A DNA stretch of 64,000 nucleotides, from NCBI GenBank assembly GCA_963735035.1, contig CAVTJJ010000004.1:1472001-1536000 (forward strand), written 5' to 3'. Of the stretch, positions 48,348-58,710 are shown piece after piece. The translations under genes were made by a program, and so were the position numbers. The notes beneath the pieces were generated by a model that had not been told where the DNA came from, ran no database searches, and was given only the letters and a program-made list of their open reading frames with translations. This stretch comes from an uncultured candidate division Zixibacteria bacterium (lineage in GTDB: Bacteria; Zixibacteria; MSB-5A5; GN15; FEB-12). Position 1 is the stretch's first letter. Each line of letters begins with the position of its first letter.

Positions 48348-50282
48348 ATGCGGGTCACTAACAGCATGATCACCAGCCAGGTGGTCTACAATGTGCAGAA
48401 CGCTCTGGATCGCTATTTGTCATTGCAGACCCAGATGTCGTCGGGACGCCGGATCAACAATCCGTCCGATGACCCGGTCGGAACTCTGCGCGACCTGAGC
48501 TATCGGACCGAACTGTCCAAGATCGGCCAGTACCAGGAAAATGTCAGGCAGGGTCAGAATTGGCTGGGCAGTTACGACGGTATTTTCGATGACCTGAATT
48601 CAATGCTGTCGAACGCCAAAGACGTCGCTCTGGCTATGTCGAACGATACTTATGATACCGAGCAGCGCAAAGCGGCCGCCAACGAAATCGATTCGGTGAT
48701 TAGCCGCATCGTTCAGCTCAGCAACAGCCAGATTGGCGGCAGACAGATGTTTTCCGGCCACCGCACCAAGCTGGAACCGTTCCGAGTCGGCGGTGAAGGC
48801 CTCACTTACATGGGCGACACCGGTCAGATTCAGTTCGAAATATCCGCCGGAACCCGGCAACCTGTAAATATCAACGCTTCAGACGTGTTCATCAAAGCCA
48901 CGTCGATTCTGGGCAGTGACGCCGATCTGAATGCGGCGGTGACCCGTAACACGCTCTTGGCCGACTTGAACGACGGCGCCGGAGTTGACCTCACTGCCGG
49001 CACGATCACAATTACCGATGAGAACCTTGTTGGCGTGTCAGCCGTCATCGATATGGCAGCGGCGCCGCCTCTCGTCACGGTGGGTGACGCCATTGATCGC
49101 ATTAACGCCGCGCTGACTACGGCCGGTATGAATACAACCATGTCGGTCGGCTTAAGTATTGACGGCAACTCACTAAGCATAACCACTACCCCCAGCGGAC
49201 AGATTTCGACCGCAACCAAGTTGAGTCAGATCCGCGAGGGACAGGGCATCGATCTGAGCCGGGGGACAATCCATCTGACCAGCGGTACCGGCCTTGATTT
49301 CACGGCCAACTTCACCGGCGCCACGACAGTCGGCGACATCATCACGCAGTTCAATGCCGCGATGGTTACCGAAGGTTGTCCAGGTGTTACTATGGGCATC
49401 AATGCCGCAGGTGACGGATTTGTAATTAACGATGCCACCCTGCCACCCGTAGGATTGACTATCGCCGACAATTCGGCGTCCGATCAGACCGCCAGTTTAT
49501 TGCGGATCGCCGGCTTTGTCGGCGCCCAACTGGTAGGAGCAGATTTGAATGTCGCGGCCTCCTTCACAGTTGGCGATACCTCGGGAACGGTCGGGTCCGG
49601 ACTTGGCATAGTGGGATCGTACACCCACAATGCCGCCGGAAGAGACCTCGACCCGCGCCTGACTTTGGCTACGAATCTGGCCGACCTGCGAAATGGTATG
49701 GGGTTTGACGGCGATCGGTTCATCCTCTGGCAAGGCGAAGACAGCCACACGGTCAATCTCGCCGATGCCACTATAGTAACCGTTCAGGACCTGTTGGACG
49801 ACATCAACAGTTCCGGGCTGGCCGTGACTGCAGAAATAAACGATTCCGGGCGGGGGATTCAGATCGCAAGCAATGACCCTACACGCTCGTTTACAATCAA
49901 AGACATGAGCGGCGGTCTCGTAGCCAAACAGATGGATGTTTACGGATCGAGCGACATGATGGGCTCCCTGTTGGTGCTGGCCGATGCCTTGCGCAACGAC
50001 GACCAGGAAGGCATCAATCGGATGGTTGCCAATATGGATGATGCCATGAATCTGACGGTCCAGACTCGGGCGGCGGTTGGTAACAACTCCCTGCGCCTCG
50101 AAAATACGGCCAGTCAGTTGACCGATCTCGATCTCGGTTTCACCGACCTGCTGACGCAGGAAGAGGACGCCGATTTGACCAAAGTAATAACGGAACTAGC
50201 CACGCGTGAAAATAACTATCAAGCAGCGCTTTCGGCGGCCGCCAGAATAATTCAGCCGAGTCTGCTCGATTTCCTGAGATGA
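48348..50282 (+). CDS. flgL: Hook-associated protein FlgL with a large central insertion
   Basis: MRVTNSM, SGRRINNPSDDP, C-terminal IIQPSLLDFL. Confidence 0.93.
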   Translation: MRVTNSMITSQVVYNVQNALDRYLSLQTQMSSGRRINNPSDDPVGTLRDLSYRTELSKIGQYQENVRQGQNWLGSYDGIFDDLNSMLSNAKDVALAMSNDTYDTEQRKAAANEIDSVISRIVQLSNSQIGGRQMFSGHRTKLEPFRVGGEGLTYMGDTGQIQFEISAGTRQPVNINASDVFIKATSILGSDADLNAAVTRNTLLADLNDGAGVDLTAGTITITDENLVGVSAVIDMAAAPPLVTVGDAIDRINAALTTAGMNTTMSVGLSIDGNSLSITTTPSGQISTATKLSQIREGQGIDLSRGTIHLTSGTGLDFTANFTGATTVGDIITQFNAAMVTEGCPGVTMGINAAGDGFVINDATLPPVGLTIADNSASDQTASLLRIAGFVGAQLVGADLNVAASFTVGDTSGTVGSGLGIVGSYTHNAAGRDLDPRLTLATNLADLRNGMGFDGDRFILWQGEDSHTVNLADATIVTVQDLLDDINSSGLAVTAEINDSGRGIQIASNDPTRSFTIKDMSGGLVAKQMDVYGSSDMMGSLLVLADALRNDDQEGINRMVANMDDAMNLTVQTRAAVGNNSLRLENTASQLTDLDLGFTDLLTQEEDADLTKVITELATRENNYQAALSAAARIIQPSLLDFLR

Positions 50283-50305
50283 CACTTCTATAAGGGTTAC
50301 CCGGT

Positions 50306-50788
50306 ATGAAAATAACCAGCACTCGTTTCGGTTCTCTCGAAATCCCTGAGAACAAAATCATCACCATGGAGCGGCCTATTCTGGGCTTCGAACGCCTGCG
50401 TTTCTTCTGTCTGGTGGAAGTGGACGAGTTGAGTCCGTTCATGCTTATGCATTCAACCGAAGACCCCGAAGTCGGATTCCTGGTTATGAATCCGCTGCTG
50501 TTCTTCCTGGATTACAAGGTCGAGATCAATTCTCAGGAAATCGCCGAACTTGAAGTCACTAATCCGGCGACGGTTGAGACCTATGTCATCCTTACGGTGG
50601 TCAAGAAGACCCGTGATATCACGGCCAACCTACAGGGACCGATTCTCATCAACACCGAGAACAACCGCGCCAAACAACTGGTGCTGGTGAACTCCCGTTA
50701 CCAGGTGCAGCATTCTGTCGTGCAAGCGGCCGAGGAAATCTCGGGAGACCTGGTCACAGTTGAGCGCGAAGACCTGGTCCCGGTTTGA
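50306..50788 (+). CDS. fliW: Flagellar assembly factor FliW
   Basis: TRFG, ILGFE, TANLQGPILIN. Confidence 0.93.
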   Translation: MKITSTRFGSLEIPENKIITMERPILGFERLRFFCLVEVDELSPFMLMHSTEDPEVGFLVMNPLLFFLDYKVEINSQEIAELEVTNPATVETYVILTVVKKTRDITANLQGPILINTENNRAKQLVLVNSRYQVQHSVVQAAEEISGDLVTVEREDLVPV

Positions 50789-50860
50789 TGTAGTGGCCGG
50801 TGGTCCCCGGTTGAGTTTCCGCCCTGTCGTTGACGACAGGCTCGTACAGAAGGGAATAGG

Positions 50861-53329
50861 ATGTCCACAGATAGACGGCAGAGTAGGAAGAAATCTCTCT
50901 CGGATGCAATTTCAGTTCTTCCCAAAGAACTTCAAATTCGCCTTGCTTCAATGAAGCATGATTTTGCGGCCGCTTCAGACGCGGCTCTGTATTTTGCTCA
51001 CAATGGCTATCAGTCGGTCATCGCAGATCTACTTGAGCCCCATAGATCGACCGCCTCGCAGTTGAACGCCGAGGATAACCGCAAACTTCAACTCCTTCTG
51101 GCCTGGGGCTTGATATCGTCCCGTCGCTTTACCGACGTAGAAAATATCCTCGATCAGTACATGGGCTCTAATCCGAATGATCCGGATTGCCGGTTACTCG
51201 AAATTGGAAAGAAATACGCCCTGCGTGAATACGAAGCCGTCGTTGACCTTGCCGCCTCATATCTGAAAAAGCTCGGCGACCGACGCGAGAATGCGCGTCC
51301 TGACCGGCTCTTCGCCGCGCCGGCCTTTCGAGCGCAAATATTGGAATGGTACGGCGAGGCGCTGGCTCAGTGTGAGCAGGATGAAAACGCCCTCCTGGCG
51401 TTTCTTCAGGCGGTCGATTGCGCTCCTGATAACCAGAACGCCTATATCGGACTAGTGCGGACGCTCGTGCGTCTGAATAGACGCGACGAAGCATCGCAGT
51501 GGATCGCGTCGGGAATCGAGCGGTGTGCCGATCATCAGGAATTGACTATGCTCCGCGAATATCTGCTCGAACGACCGCGAATATCGGCCTGCATGATTGT
51601 CAAGAACGAGGAACGGTTGCTGCCGGAATGTTTAGAGTCAATTCGTGATTGGGTAGATGAAATCATTGTCGTCGATACCGGTTCCACCGATAAGACTCAA
51701 GCGATTGCCGAGGAATTCGGCGCGAAGGTCTTTGAACAGGCCTGGGCGGGTGATTTCTCGAGACATCGCAACTATTCAATCGAGCAGGCCACCGGTGACT
51801 GGATATTTATAATCGATGCCGATGAGCGCTTTGTTGTCGACGATGTTCCGGCTGTAATCGACGTCATGCGGGAAGGCCGGGTGGCGGCTCTGTCCGTGGG
51901 GGTCTATAATGTTTACGGCCACGACGCCGAACGAGTGACCTTCGCCAATTCGATCCGCTTCTTCAAGAGAGAACTAAATCTCCGATATGCCGGCATAGTC
52001 CACAACGCTCTTGCTTTGCCGTCAGGGCTGGCTATAGGTCGTACGCGGGCGCGGATAGAGCATCTCGGGTATGATCTTCCGCCGGAGCAAATGGCCGCAA
52101 AATTTCAGCGAACCAGGGCACTCCTTCAGAAGCAGTTGACCGAGAACCCCGATGACACTTTCGCGCTTTTCAATTATGCCGAATTGCTGAGAGGTGTCGA
52201 GCCGATTCTTAGCGACGAAAACGCCGGGGAGATTATTCAGGCCGCCGAAAACGTGGTCAGGCTGATTCCTGAAGAAAATATCGAGCAGCGTCATCTGAGG
52301 CTCATGGCGCTGAACCAACTGGCCGTTGCGTACCTGGCTCGCAAAGACTTTTCGAACGCCGTTGAATATTGCCGTCGGGCGCTGTCGCTACGCTCGAATT
52401 ACCTCGATGCGTTGTTCAATTCGGGACTCGCCTTGTACGGCCTGCGGAATTACCGCGCGGCGATAGTTCAGTTTGAAGCTTATCTGAAATTCCAGTCTAC
52501 ATTTGATATTGCAGCAGAGGAAATGCCGCTGATTCTGAGTTTCCCCGACGCCTCCGATCTTGCTCACAATAGCCTCGGGGCTCTCTATGAATTGGTCGGT
52601 GAGCCGGATAACGCCATAAGTCATTACCTGAGAGTCATGCAAAAGAACCCGCGCTTTCGGGAGACAGCCGTCCGCCTGGCACAGCTCTACGCCGTTAGAC
52701 AGGACTTCAAATCGGCGGAGCGCTGGTTTGGTCATCAATTGTCGTTTCGTCCAACCCGTGATGCCTTTCTGGGAATGGCATCGGTTCTCTTTGAAACAGG
52801 TCGCTTCGACCAGGCGGAGTCGCATTACCGTCAGGCTATCGCCCAGTTCGGCGCCTGCTGGTCGGCCGAAAACGACCTTGGCAACAGCCTCTACAAGCAA
52901 GGGCGCTTTGGGGACGCCGAGCAACACTATCTTAGGGCGGCTGAACTGAGCCCCAACGAACCCAAGACTTTTCAGAATCTTGCCTTGGCTCAGATTGCCC
53001 AGGGACGTCGCCGGGAGGCGATTGCGACCCTGGAACATTATATTGAGGTCTGTCCGACTGATCCGGTCGGGTGGCAACTTATGGCCGAACAGCTACTTGC
53101 TTCGGGAAACTGGCCTGAAGCTCAGGCCTGTTTTGAAAATACTCTTCGCCTTAGTTCCAGGAATGTGACGGCCCTGGCAGGCCTCGCCGATTGTTATCTC
53201 AATATGGGACAAGCTGATGCGGCCGCGTTTGGATATCGGAAGCTGCTCGAAATAGATCCGAACAATACTCGGGCTCAAGAGCGCCTGGCGGCGATTGAAG
53301 AGGTTGCTGATCGTTTTCAGGGGCGATAG
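50861..53329 (+). CDS. TPR-containing family-2 glycosyltransferase (candidate flagellin glycosyltransferase)
   Basis: ISACMIVKNEE, VVDTGSTD, DFSRHRN, IDADE; flanking TPRs; adjacent to fliC. Confidence 0.88.
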   Translation: MSTDRRQSRKKSLSDAISVLPKELQIRLASMKHDFAAASDAALYFAHNGYQSVIADLLEPHRSTASQLNAEDNRKLQLLLAWGLISSRRFTDVENILDQYMGSNPNDPDCRLLEIGKKYALREYEAVVDLAASYLKKLGDRRENARPDRLFAAPAFRAQILEWYGEALAQCEQDENALLAFLQAVDCAPDNQNAYIGLVRTLVRLNRRDEASQWIASGIERCADHQELTMLREYLLERPRISACMIVKNEERLLPECLESIRDWVDEIIVVDTGSTDKTQAIAEEFGAKVFEQAWAGDFSRHRNYSIEQATGDWIFIIDADERFVVDDVPAVIDVMREGRVAALSVGVYNVYGHDAERVTFANSIRFFKRELNLRYAGIVHNALALPSGLAIGRTRARIEHLGYDLPPEQMAAKFQRTRALLQKQLTENPDDTFALFNYAELLRGVEPILSDENAGEIIQAAENVVRLIPEENIEQRHLRLMALNQLAVAYLARKDFSNAVEYCRRALSLRSNYLDALFNSGLALYGLRNYRAAIVQFEAYLKFQSTFDIAAEEMPLILSFPDASDLAHNSLGALYELVGEPDNAISHYLRVMQKNPRFRETAVRLAQLYAVRQDFKSAERWFGHQLSFRPTRDAFLGMASVLFETGRFDQAESHYRQAIAQFGACWSAENDLGNSLYKQGRFGDAEQHYLRAAELSPNEPKTFQNLALAQIAQGRRREAIATLEHYIEVCPTDPVGWQLMAEQLLASGNWPEAQACFENTLRLSSRNVTALAGLADCYLNMGQADAAAFGYRKLLEIDPNNTRAQERLAAIEEVADRFQGR

Positions 53330-53362
53330 ACCCAAACTGCAAGAAAAGCCGGGGTGGGGGTA

Positions 53363-53389
53363 TTAAGTTCGCCAAATATGTGTCGATTA
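53363..53389 (+). promoter_or_regulatory. Putative sigma28 promoter of flagellin
   Basis: TTAAGTTC-N11-GTCGATTA versus extended consensus TAAAGTTT-N11-GCCGATAA. Confidence 0.65.
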
Positions 53390-53522
53390 TGAACATAAGA
53401 AAATGTATGAGGTCTAGACAGGCGACTAAATTGGAAATACTGGTCTCTCAGAGGAGGAAACCCCACGCATTGCAGATCTCAAGGTGTTCATGGGATACTG
53501 ATCACCGGAACGAGACCGTAAA

Positions 53523-53602
53523 CATAGGAAGTGCAGGTCATCCTGATGTGGAAACAAAGAGGGTAAGGAAACCTTAATAAACAGTCACGGAGGAGTTGAC
53601 TC
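53523..53602 (+). promoter_or_regulatory. GGA-loop hairpins (putative CsrA sites) in the fliC leader
   Basis: CAT-AGGAA-GTG, TGT-GGAA-ACA, AGGGT-AAGGAA-ACCTT, and AGTCA-CGGAGGAGT-TGACT covering the RBS. Confidence 0.6.
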
Positions 53603-55798
53603 ATGGCACTTCGCATTAACCACAACATCGCGTCGTTGAACGCCAACCGGAACCTCGGTTTGACAACCGGCAGCATGGAAAAGTCCATGCAGAAGCTGTC
53701 ATCCGGCTTCCGTATCAACGTCGCTTCTGACGATCCCGCCGGTCTGGTGATTTCGGAACAGTTCCGGGCCCAGATTGCCGGTCTGAACCGCGCTATCCAG
53801 AACTCGGAAGGATCGATCAGCATGATTCAGACGGCTGAAGGCGCTCTCACTGAAATCAACAACCTGTTGATCTCCATGAGAGAACTGGCCATTCACGCCG
53901 CCAACGAAGGCTTCAACGACAGCGATCAGTTGGCTGCCGACCAGGCCGAAATTGAACAAGCGGTCAAGACGATCGACCGTATCGCTGCCAACACTCAGTT
54001 TGGCACGAAGAAGCTGCTCGACGGTTCCAAGGAAAACGTCGCCAGCATCACGTCGAACAACAACACCGATCTGACGATCAAGTCGTCCGGGTTGACGTCC
54101 GGCACGCACTATGTGACAACCACCAAGGTTGCCGATTCAACCTCAACTCTGAACGTTCAGAACTATGGGTTGACGCTGTCGAATACCGACGGTGATCCGT
54201 ACAATCTAACCGGTGGCGTGCACAACATCGACGTCGTGCAGTCTTCCGCCGGTGCCGAGAAGGTTTCGGGCGTAGTTACCAACGTTGGTGACGATGCGTT
54301 CGGTAATGCCTTCCAGATCGACGCCACCCCGCAGGCTGCTTCCATCGTGGGCGGCGCTGCCATTGGCGCGGTGATCGCCGCTGGAGTAGGCACCTATACC
54401 TACTACGTGAACTATCAGGAAAACGGCGGCTCCCCGACCGGCGTGCAGTCATTGGCGATTGACGTCGAGCTCGGTGACGTGACCGCTGACTTTGCTACCA
54501 AGCTCAGTGCTGCCATTGCGGCTAACTCTGAGCTGGCCGGCAAAGTTACGGCTACCGACGGCGGTGTCGGTGTTGGTCTCAAGCTGGAAGCTGTCAACGA
54601 GGGCGCCCAGTACTCGCTTCAGACACTGGCCACTACGTCGACCGCTGCTACGGCCGTCGCCAACTCCGACCTCGGTGCAGCCGACTCCCGCGGCTATTCC
54701 AACAGCATTCTGAACTTTGATTGGAATACTTCCGCCGGCGCCAACGTCGCTACCGACCTGACGCTTACGGATGGCACTTACGCCACGCTGCAGGATCTAG
54801 TCGACGAGATCAATGTCCAGATAGCAGCTACCGCCTCTCTGGCTACTGGCTCGGCCACCGACTACGAAATAAACGCCGAAGTGTACGACACCAACAAGAT
54901 CCGGTTCACCACTCGCGACCAGGGTTCACTCTACACCCTGAAGATGAATGCCGGAACCGGTACTGAAGGCGCCGACAACCTTCGCTCTGCTTTGAGTCTC
55001 ACGACCGACGCGGCTGCCAACGAAGGCACCAATGCGGTCATTTCGTTTGACGGTTACACCAACACGATCGACCGGGTTGACTGGGCTCAGTCCACAACCA
55101 CTGCCACTCTGGTCAACGCTGACCTGACCGATGCCGATCGCGGCACCGTGACCATGGCGGTTGGCACTGGTTTGAACGGTGGCGTTCAGGCCGGCAGCAT
55201 GCTGCTGTCAGTTACCGCGGCTCAGTTTGACGTCCGTTTGGACGGCGGTTCCGCTACCCGGTTCTCCGGTGGCGATTTCGGTACCGTCTACAATTCGGAT
55301 CGTAGCGGCTCGATGCGGCTGCAAGTCGGATTGACTTCCAGCGGCGGCACTGAGACCGTCAACAACACCGACCAGTCGCTGGTCTTCCAGATTGGCGCCA
55401 ACGTCGGTCAGACCGAAGCCATTTCGCTGCGTAACATGGCTTCCACGTCGCTCGGCCGGAATCTGCTCGGCAACCTGTATACGTCGCTGTCACAGATTGA
55501 CGTGACGTCCGTCCAGGGCGCCCAGGATTCCCAGGCGATCATTGATGCCGCCATCAACGAGGTCACCACGACTCGTGGTACGCTCGGTAGCTTCCAGAAG
55601 AATACTCTGGAATCGAACTTGAGAAACCTCGAAATCGCTTCTCAGAACCTGTCGGCTTCTGAGTCCGCGATTCGCGATACCGATATGGCTATGGAAATGT
55701 CGAAGTTCACCAAGGATCAGATCCTGATGCAGGCTGGCGTGGCCATGCTGTCTCAGGCCAACCAGGTCCCGCAGGTGGTACTGTCGCTGTTCCGTTAA
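53603..55798 (+). CDS. fliC: Flagellin with a large variable domain (731 aa)
   Basis: MALRINHNIAS, KLSSGFRIN.ASDDPAG, FQIGAN, SAIRDTDMA, AMLSQANQ. Confidence 0.97.
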   Translation: MALRINHNIASLNANRNLGLTTGSMEKSMQKLSSGFRINVASDDPAGLVISEQFRAQIAGLNRAIQNSEGSISMIQTAEGALTEINNLLISMRELAIHAANEGFNDSDQLAADQAEIEQAVKTIDRIAANTQFGTKKLLDGSKENVASITSNNNTDLTIKSSGLTSGTHYVTTTKVADSTSTLNVQNYGLTLSNTDGDPYNLTGGVHNIDVVQSSAGAEKVSGVVTNVGDDAFGNAFQIDATPQAASIVGGAAIGAVIAAGVGTYTYYVNYQENGGSPTGVQSLAIDVELGDVTADFATKLSAAIAANSELAGKVTATDGGVGVGLKLEAVNEGAQYSLQTLATTSTAATAVANSDLGAADSRGYSNSILNFDWNTSAGANVATDLTLTDGTYATLQDLVDEINVQIAATASLATGSATDYEINAEVYDTNKIRFTTRDQGSLYTLKMNAGTGTEGADNLRSALSLTTDAAANEGTNAVISFDGYTNTIDRVDWAQSTTTATLVNADLTDADRGTVTMAVGTGLNGGVQAGSMLLSVTAAQFDVRLDGGSATRFSGGDFGTVYNSDRSGSMRLQVGLTSSGGTETVNNTDQSLVFQIGANVGQTEAISLRNMASTSLGRNLLGNLYTSLSQIDVTSVQGAQDSQAIIDAAINEVTTTRGTLGSFQKNTLESNLRNLEIASQNLSASESAIRDTDMAMEMSKFTKDQILMQAGVAMLSQANQVPQVVLSLFR

Positions 55799-55819
55799 TC
55801 TGGCCATGTCGCTGGATAA

Positions 55820-55851
55820 GAGCCGGGGGGAGATTAAAGCCCCCCCGGCTC
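55820..55851 (+). terminator. Stable hairpin after fliC
   Basis: GAGCCGGGGGG...CCCCCCGGCTC; weak U-tract. Confidence 0.6.
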
Positions 55852-55905
55852 ACCTTAAACAACGCTTCAGGCCGACAGTGAAGTCACAGAGTTGATAGGA
55901 AAAAC

Positions 55906-58251
55906 ATGCCAGCTTCAGGTACGATCGAAGGAATCTTCTCGGGGTTAAACACCACCGATATAATAAATTCGATCATCAAGGTGGAGCGCGCTCCGGCTTA
56001 CTTGATGGAAGCCGAGCAATCGCTCAACACCAACATAATCACCACCCTCAAGTCGCTTCAGGCCAAGATTTACGCGGTTCAGTCGCGAGCCCAGCAGCTC
56101 GCCTACAAAGCGGCCTTCCAAAAGACAAATGTCACGGTCTCTGACGATCAGTATCTCACCGCTTCGGCCAGCGGACAGGTAGCGACCGGCTCCTTTGATT
56201 TCCGTGTGTTGTCGGTGGCACGCAACCACCAGATCGCGTCACAGGGTTTCTCGGCTGACGATATCAACGCCCTCGGCACCGGCACGATCCAGATCGGAGT
56301 TGGCTCCGCATCCATGCAGACTCTGACTATCGACGCCAGCAACAATACGCTGACCGGAATCAAAGATGCCATCAACAATGCCAATTTGGGTGTGACCGCC
56401 GCAATTCTGAACGACGGTTCTTCGGGTAACCAATACCGACTGGTGATTACCGCGGATAAGACGGGACTGAGCAACGACATTAACATAGTCTCCGACCTTG
56501 CCGGCGGTCCCGATTTCAACTTCGATACCGCATCGTTCGATGCTCCGGAGTCGCTTTATATGGATTCCGGATCGACTTCCCAGATATCGCTCGGCGCTTC
56601 GGCGGCATACTCTGGAAGCTCCAATAAGAATTACACTTTCACCGTGCAGGGCACCGGCCCACAGACGGTCGGCACCGACAACATCACACTTGACTGGACC
56701 GACGGCACCAACTCCGGTTCTATCGTAGTCACCCAGGCTGACTTCGAGACCGAACTGGTCGGGGCTGGCGCCGAGGGTCTCAAGTTGTCTTTCTCCACGG
56801 GTGAATTGAACGGTGGGGATACCTTCCAGGTTCAGACGTTCGCTCCGCTTCTGCAGGAAGCCTCAAATGCGGCGATTGCGTACGGCGCTTCCGGTGGCGG
56901 CGGGTCGCCCATCACGGTAGTCAGCCAGAACAACAAATTTCAGAATGTCGTAGCCGGGTTGACCCTTGAAGTCAAGCAGGAGACCCCCGCCGGCGAGCAT
57001 GTAACGGTTACGACCGACCCGGATATCGAATCTATAAGGGGCAGTATCCAGGGTCTTCTCGACGCTTACAACGATGCCAATAAGTTTATCGACGACCAGA
57101 ACAAATATGACGCCGAAAAGAAACAGGGCGGCATCCTGCTCGGTGATTCGATCATACAGCAGATGCAATACTCGTTGCGCGGGATGATGAGTTCGACCGT
57201 AAATTCCGACTCCGATAGATATCGCCAGCTCTCGTCGATCGGAATTCGCACCGGCATCGATGGGCAACTGAGCGTCAAGGACTCCTCGCGGCTCGACGAA
57301 GCTCTCAGGGAAGACCTCGACGAAGTCGTATCGTTCTTTACCGACTCCGGCTATACGTCCGGGGGCGGTCTGGAGTTTGTGTCATCGAGTTCGACCACGA
57401 AAGAGGGCGACAACTACAACGTCAACGTGACTCAGGCAGCTACGCAGGGAACTTATGTAGGCGCGACCATAACGGATCCAGGTAGCACTCCGCTGGTGCT
57501 CGACAGCACAAATAATCGTGTACGCCTGCGAGTGAACGGTAAGCTATCGAATGACATCGTCCTGGCCGCCAAGACGTATGACTCGGTCTCGGAACTGGTC
57601 AACGAACTGCAGCAGCGCATCGACGGTGACAGCCGGATCGGCAGTCTCGGCATCGAAGTCACCTGGGTCGATATGGGGTCCGGGCAGGGTCGCCTTGAGC
57701 TTACCAGTTCCACGTACGGCGCGAAATCGGCCGTGCTCATAGATACAACCGTGAGCAACAGTGGGACTGCCTTGATCGGTTTGGATCACGGGGTTGCTAC
57801 GACGGGTGTGGACGTCAAGGGAACCATCGACGGCGAAGAAGCAGTGGGTGCCGGTCAGTATCTTACGGGCAAGAGCGATTCCAAAACCGTCGCCGGTCTC
57901 AAAGTCAAAGTTACTTTGACCGCCGATCAGCTGGGTTCGGATCCGGAGGGTTCGGTCACGCTCTCGAAAGGCATGGCCTCCAAGCTGAGTTCTCTTCTGG
58001 ACGGTCTTACCGCCACCGGCAATGGACTTCTTGATACTCGCATCAAGTCATACACGAATCAGAATACGAATCTGGCAGAAAGAATCACGGAATTTGACGC
58101 TCGCTTAGCGTCGCGCCGCGAGCGACTTACGAAACAGTACCAGGCAATGGAAGACGCCTTGGCGAAGCTCAATTCCACCGGGGACTATATTACCTCGTGG
58201 GCGTCTACCCTAGCCTCCAATTGGGGCAGTAGTTCAAGCAGTTCTAGCTAA
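55906..58251 (+). CDS. fliD: Flagellar filament cap protein FliD
   Basis: SGLNTTDII, GILLGDS, LSSIGI, QYQAMEDAL. Confidence 0.93.
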   Translation: MPASGTIEGIFSGLNTTDIINSIIKVERAPAYLMEAEQSLNTNIITTLKSLQAKIYAVQSRAQQLAYKAAFQKTNVTVSDDQYLTASASGQVATGSFDFRVLSVARNHQIASQGFSADDINALGTGTIQIGVGSASMQTLTIDASNNTLTGIKDAINNANLGVTAAILNDGSSGNQYRLVITADKTGLSNDINIVSDLAGGPDFNFDTASFDAPESLYMDSGSTSQISLGASAAYSGSSNKNYTFTVQGTGPQTVGTDNITLDWTDGTNSGSIVVTQADFETELVGAGAEGLKLSFSTGELNGGDTFQVQTFAPLLQEASNAAIAYGASGGGGSPITVVSQNNKFQNVVAGLTLEVKQETPAGEHVTVTTDPDIESIRGSIQGLLDAYNDANKFIDDQNKYDAEKKQGGILLGDSIIQQMQYSLRGMMSSTVNSDSDRYRQLSSIGIRTGIDGQLSVKDSSRLDEALREDLDEVVSFFTDSGYTSGGGLEFVSSSSTTKEGDNYNVNVTQAATQGTYVGATITDPGSTPLVLDSTNNRVRLRVNGKLSNDIVLAAKTYDSVSELVNELQQRIDGDSRIGSLGIEVTWVDMGSGQGRLELTSSTYGAKSAVLIDTTVSNSGTALIGLDHGVATTGVDVKGTIDGEEAVGAGQYLTGKSDSKTVAGLKVKVTLTADQLGSDPEGSVTLSKGMASKLSSLLDGLTATGNGLLDTRIKSYTNQNTNLAERITEFDARLASRRERLTKQYQAMEDALAKLNSTGDYITSWASTLASNWGSSSSSSS

Positions 58252-58269
58252 TAGGAGTATCGTAACTTC

Positions 58270-58707
58270 ATGAAGAAGCAAATGGAAGCCTACCGACACG
58301 CCGACACGATGGGGAAGTCACCCCTCGAACTGGTCTTGATGGTCTATGACGGCGCCATCAAAGCGATGCGGGCGGCCGCCGAGCATTACGCCGTGAATAA
58401 AAACCAGGCTGGCTACGAAGAAATCCAAACCGCCAAGCGGATGGTAACTCATCTGTACACTACGCTCGACCGCGAAAAGGGTGGCGAAGTGACCGAGCAT
58501 CTCGGCAAGATGTACACCTGGGTAATAAGCCAGCTCTACATTCTCGAAGCGACCAAGAATGTCGATCAACTCGATAAAACCATCCAGGTGATGGTCAACC
58601 TGCGCTCTGGATGGGAGACCCTCAGGACTCAGGCGCCGCGAGGCAATGATAAGGCAGAGAAGGCGGCCACCGAAGAGACTCCGGATCATGTTATGGTGAC
58701 GGCCTGA
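58270..58707 (+). CDS. fliS: Flagellin chaperone FliS
   Basis: SPLELVLMVYDGAI, LDREKGGEV, LRSGW. Confidence 0.93.
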   Translation: MKKQMEAYRHADTMGKSPLELVLMVYDGAIKAMRAAAEHYAVNKNQAGYEEIQTAKRMVTHLYTTLDREKGGEVTEHLGKMYTWVISQLYILEATKNVDQLDKTIQVMVNLRSGWETLRTQAPRGNDKAEKAATEETPDHVMVTA

Positions 58708-58710
58708 GCT

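Noticed and set aside
55856..55878. Sigma28 promoter before fliD
   Set aside because: TAAA to GCCGACAG spacing is 11 nt rather than about 15.
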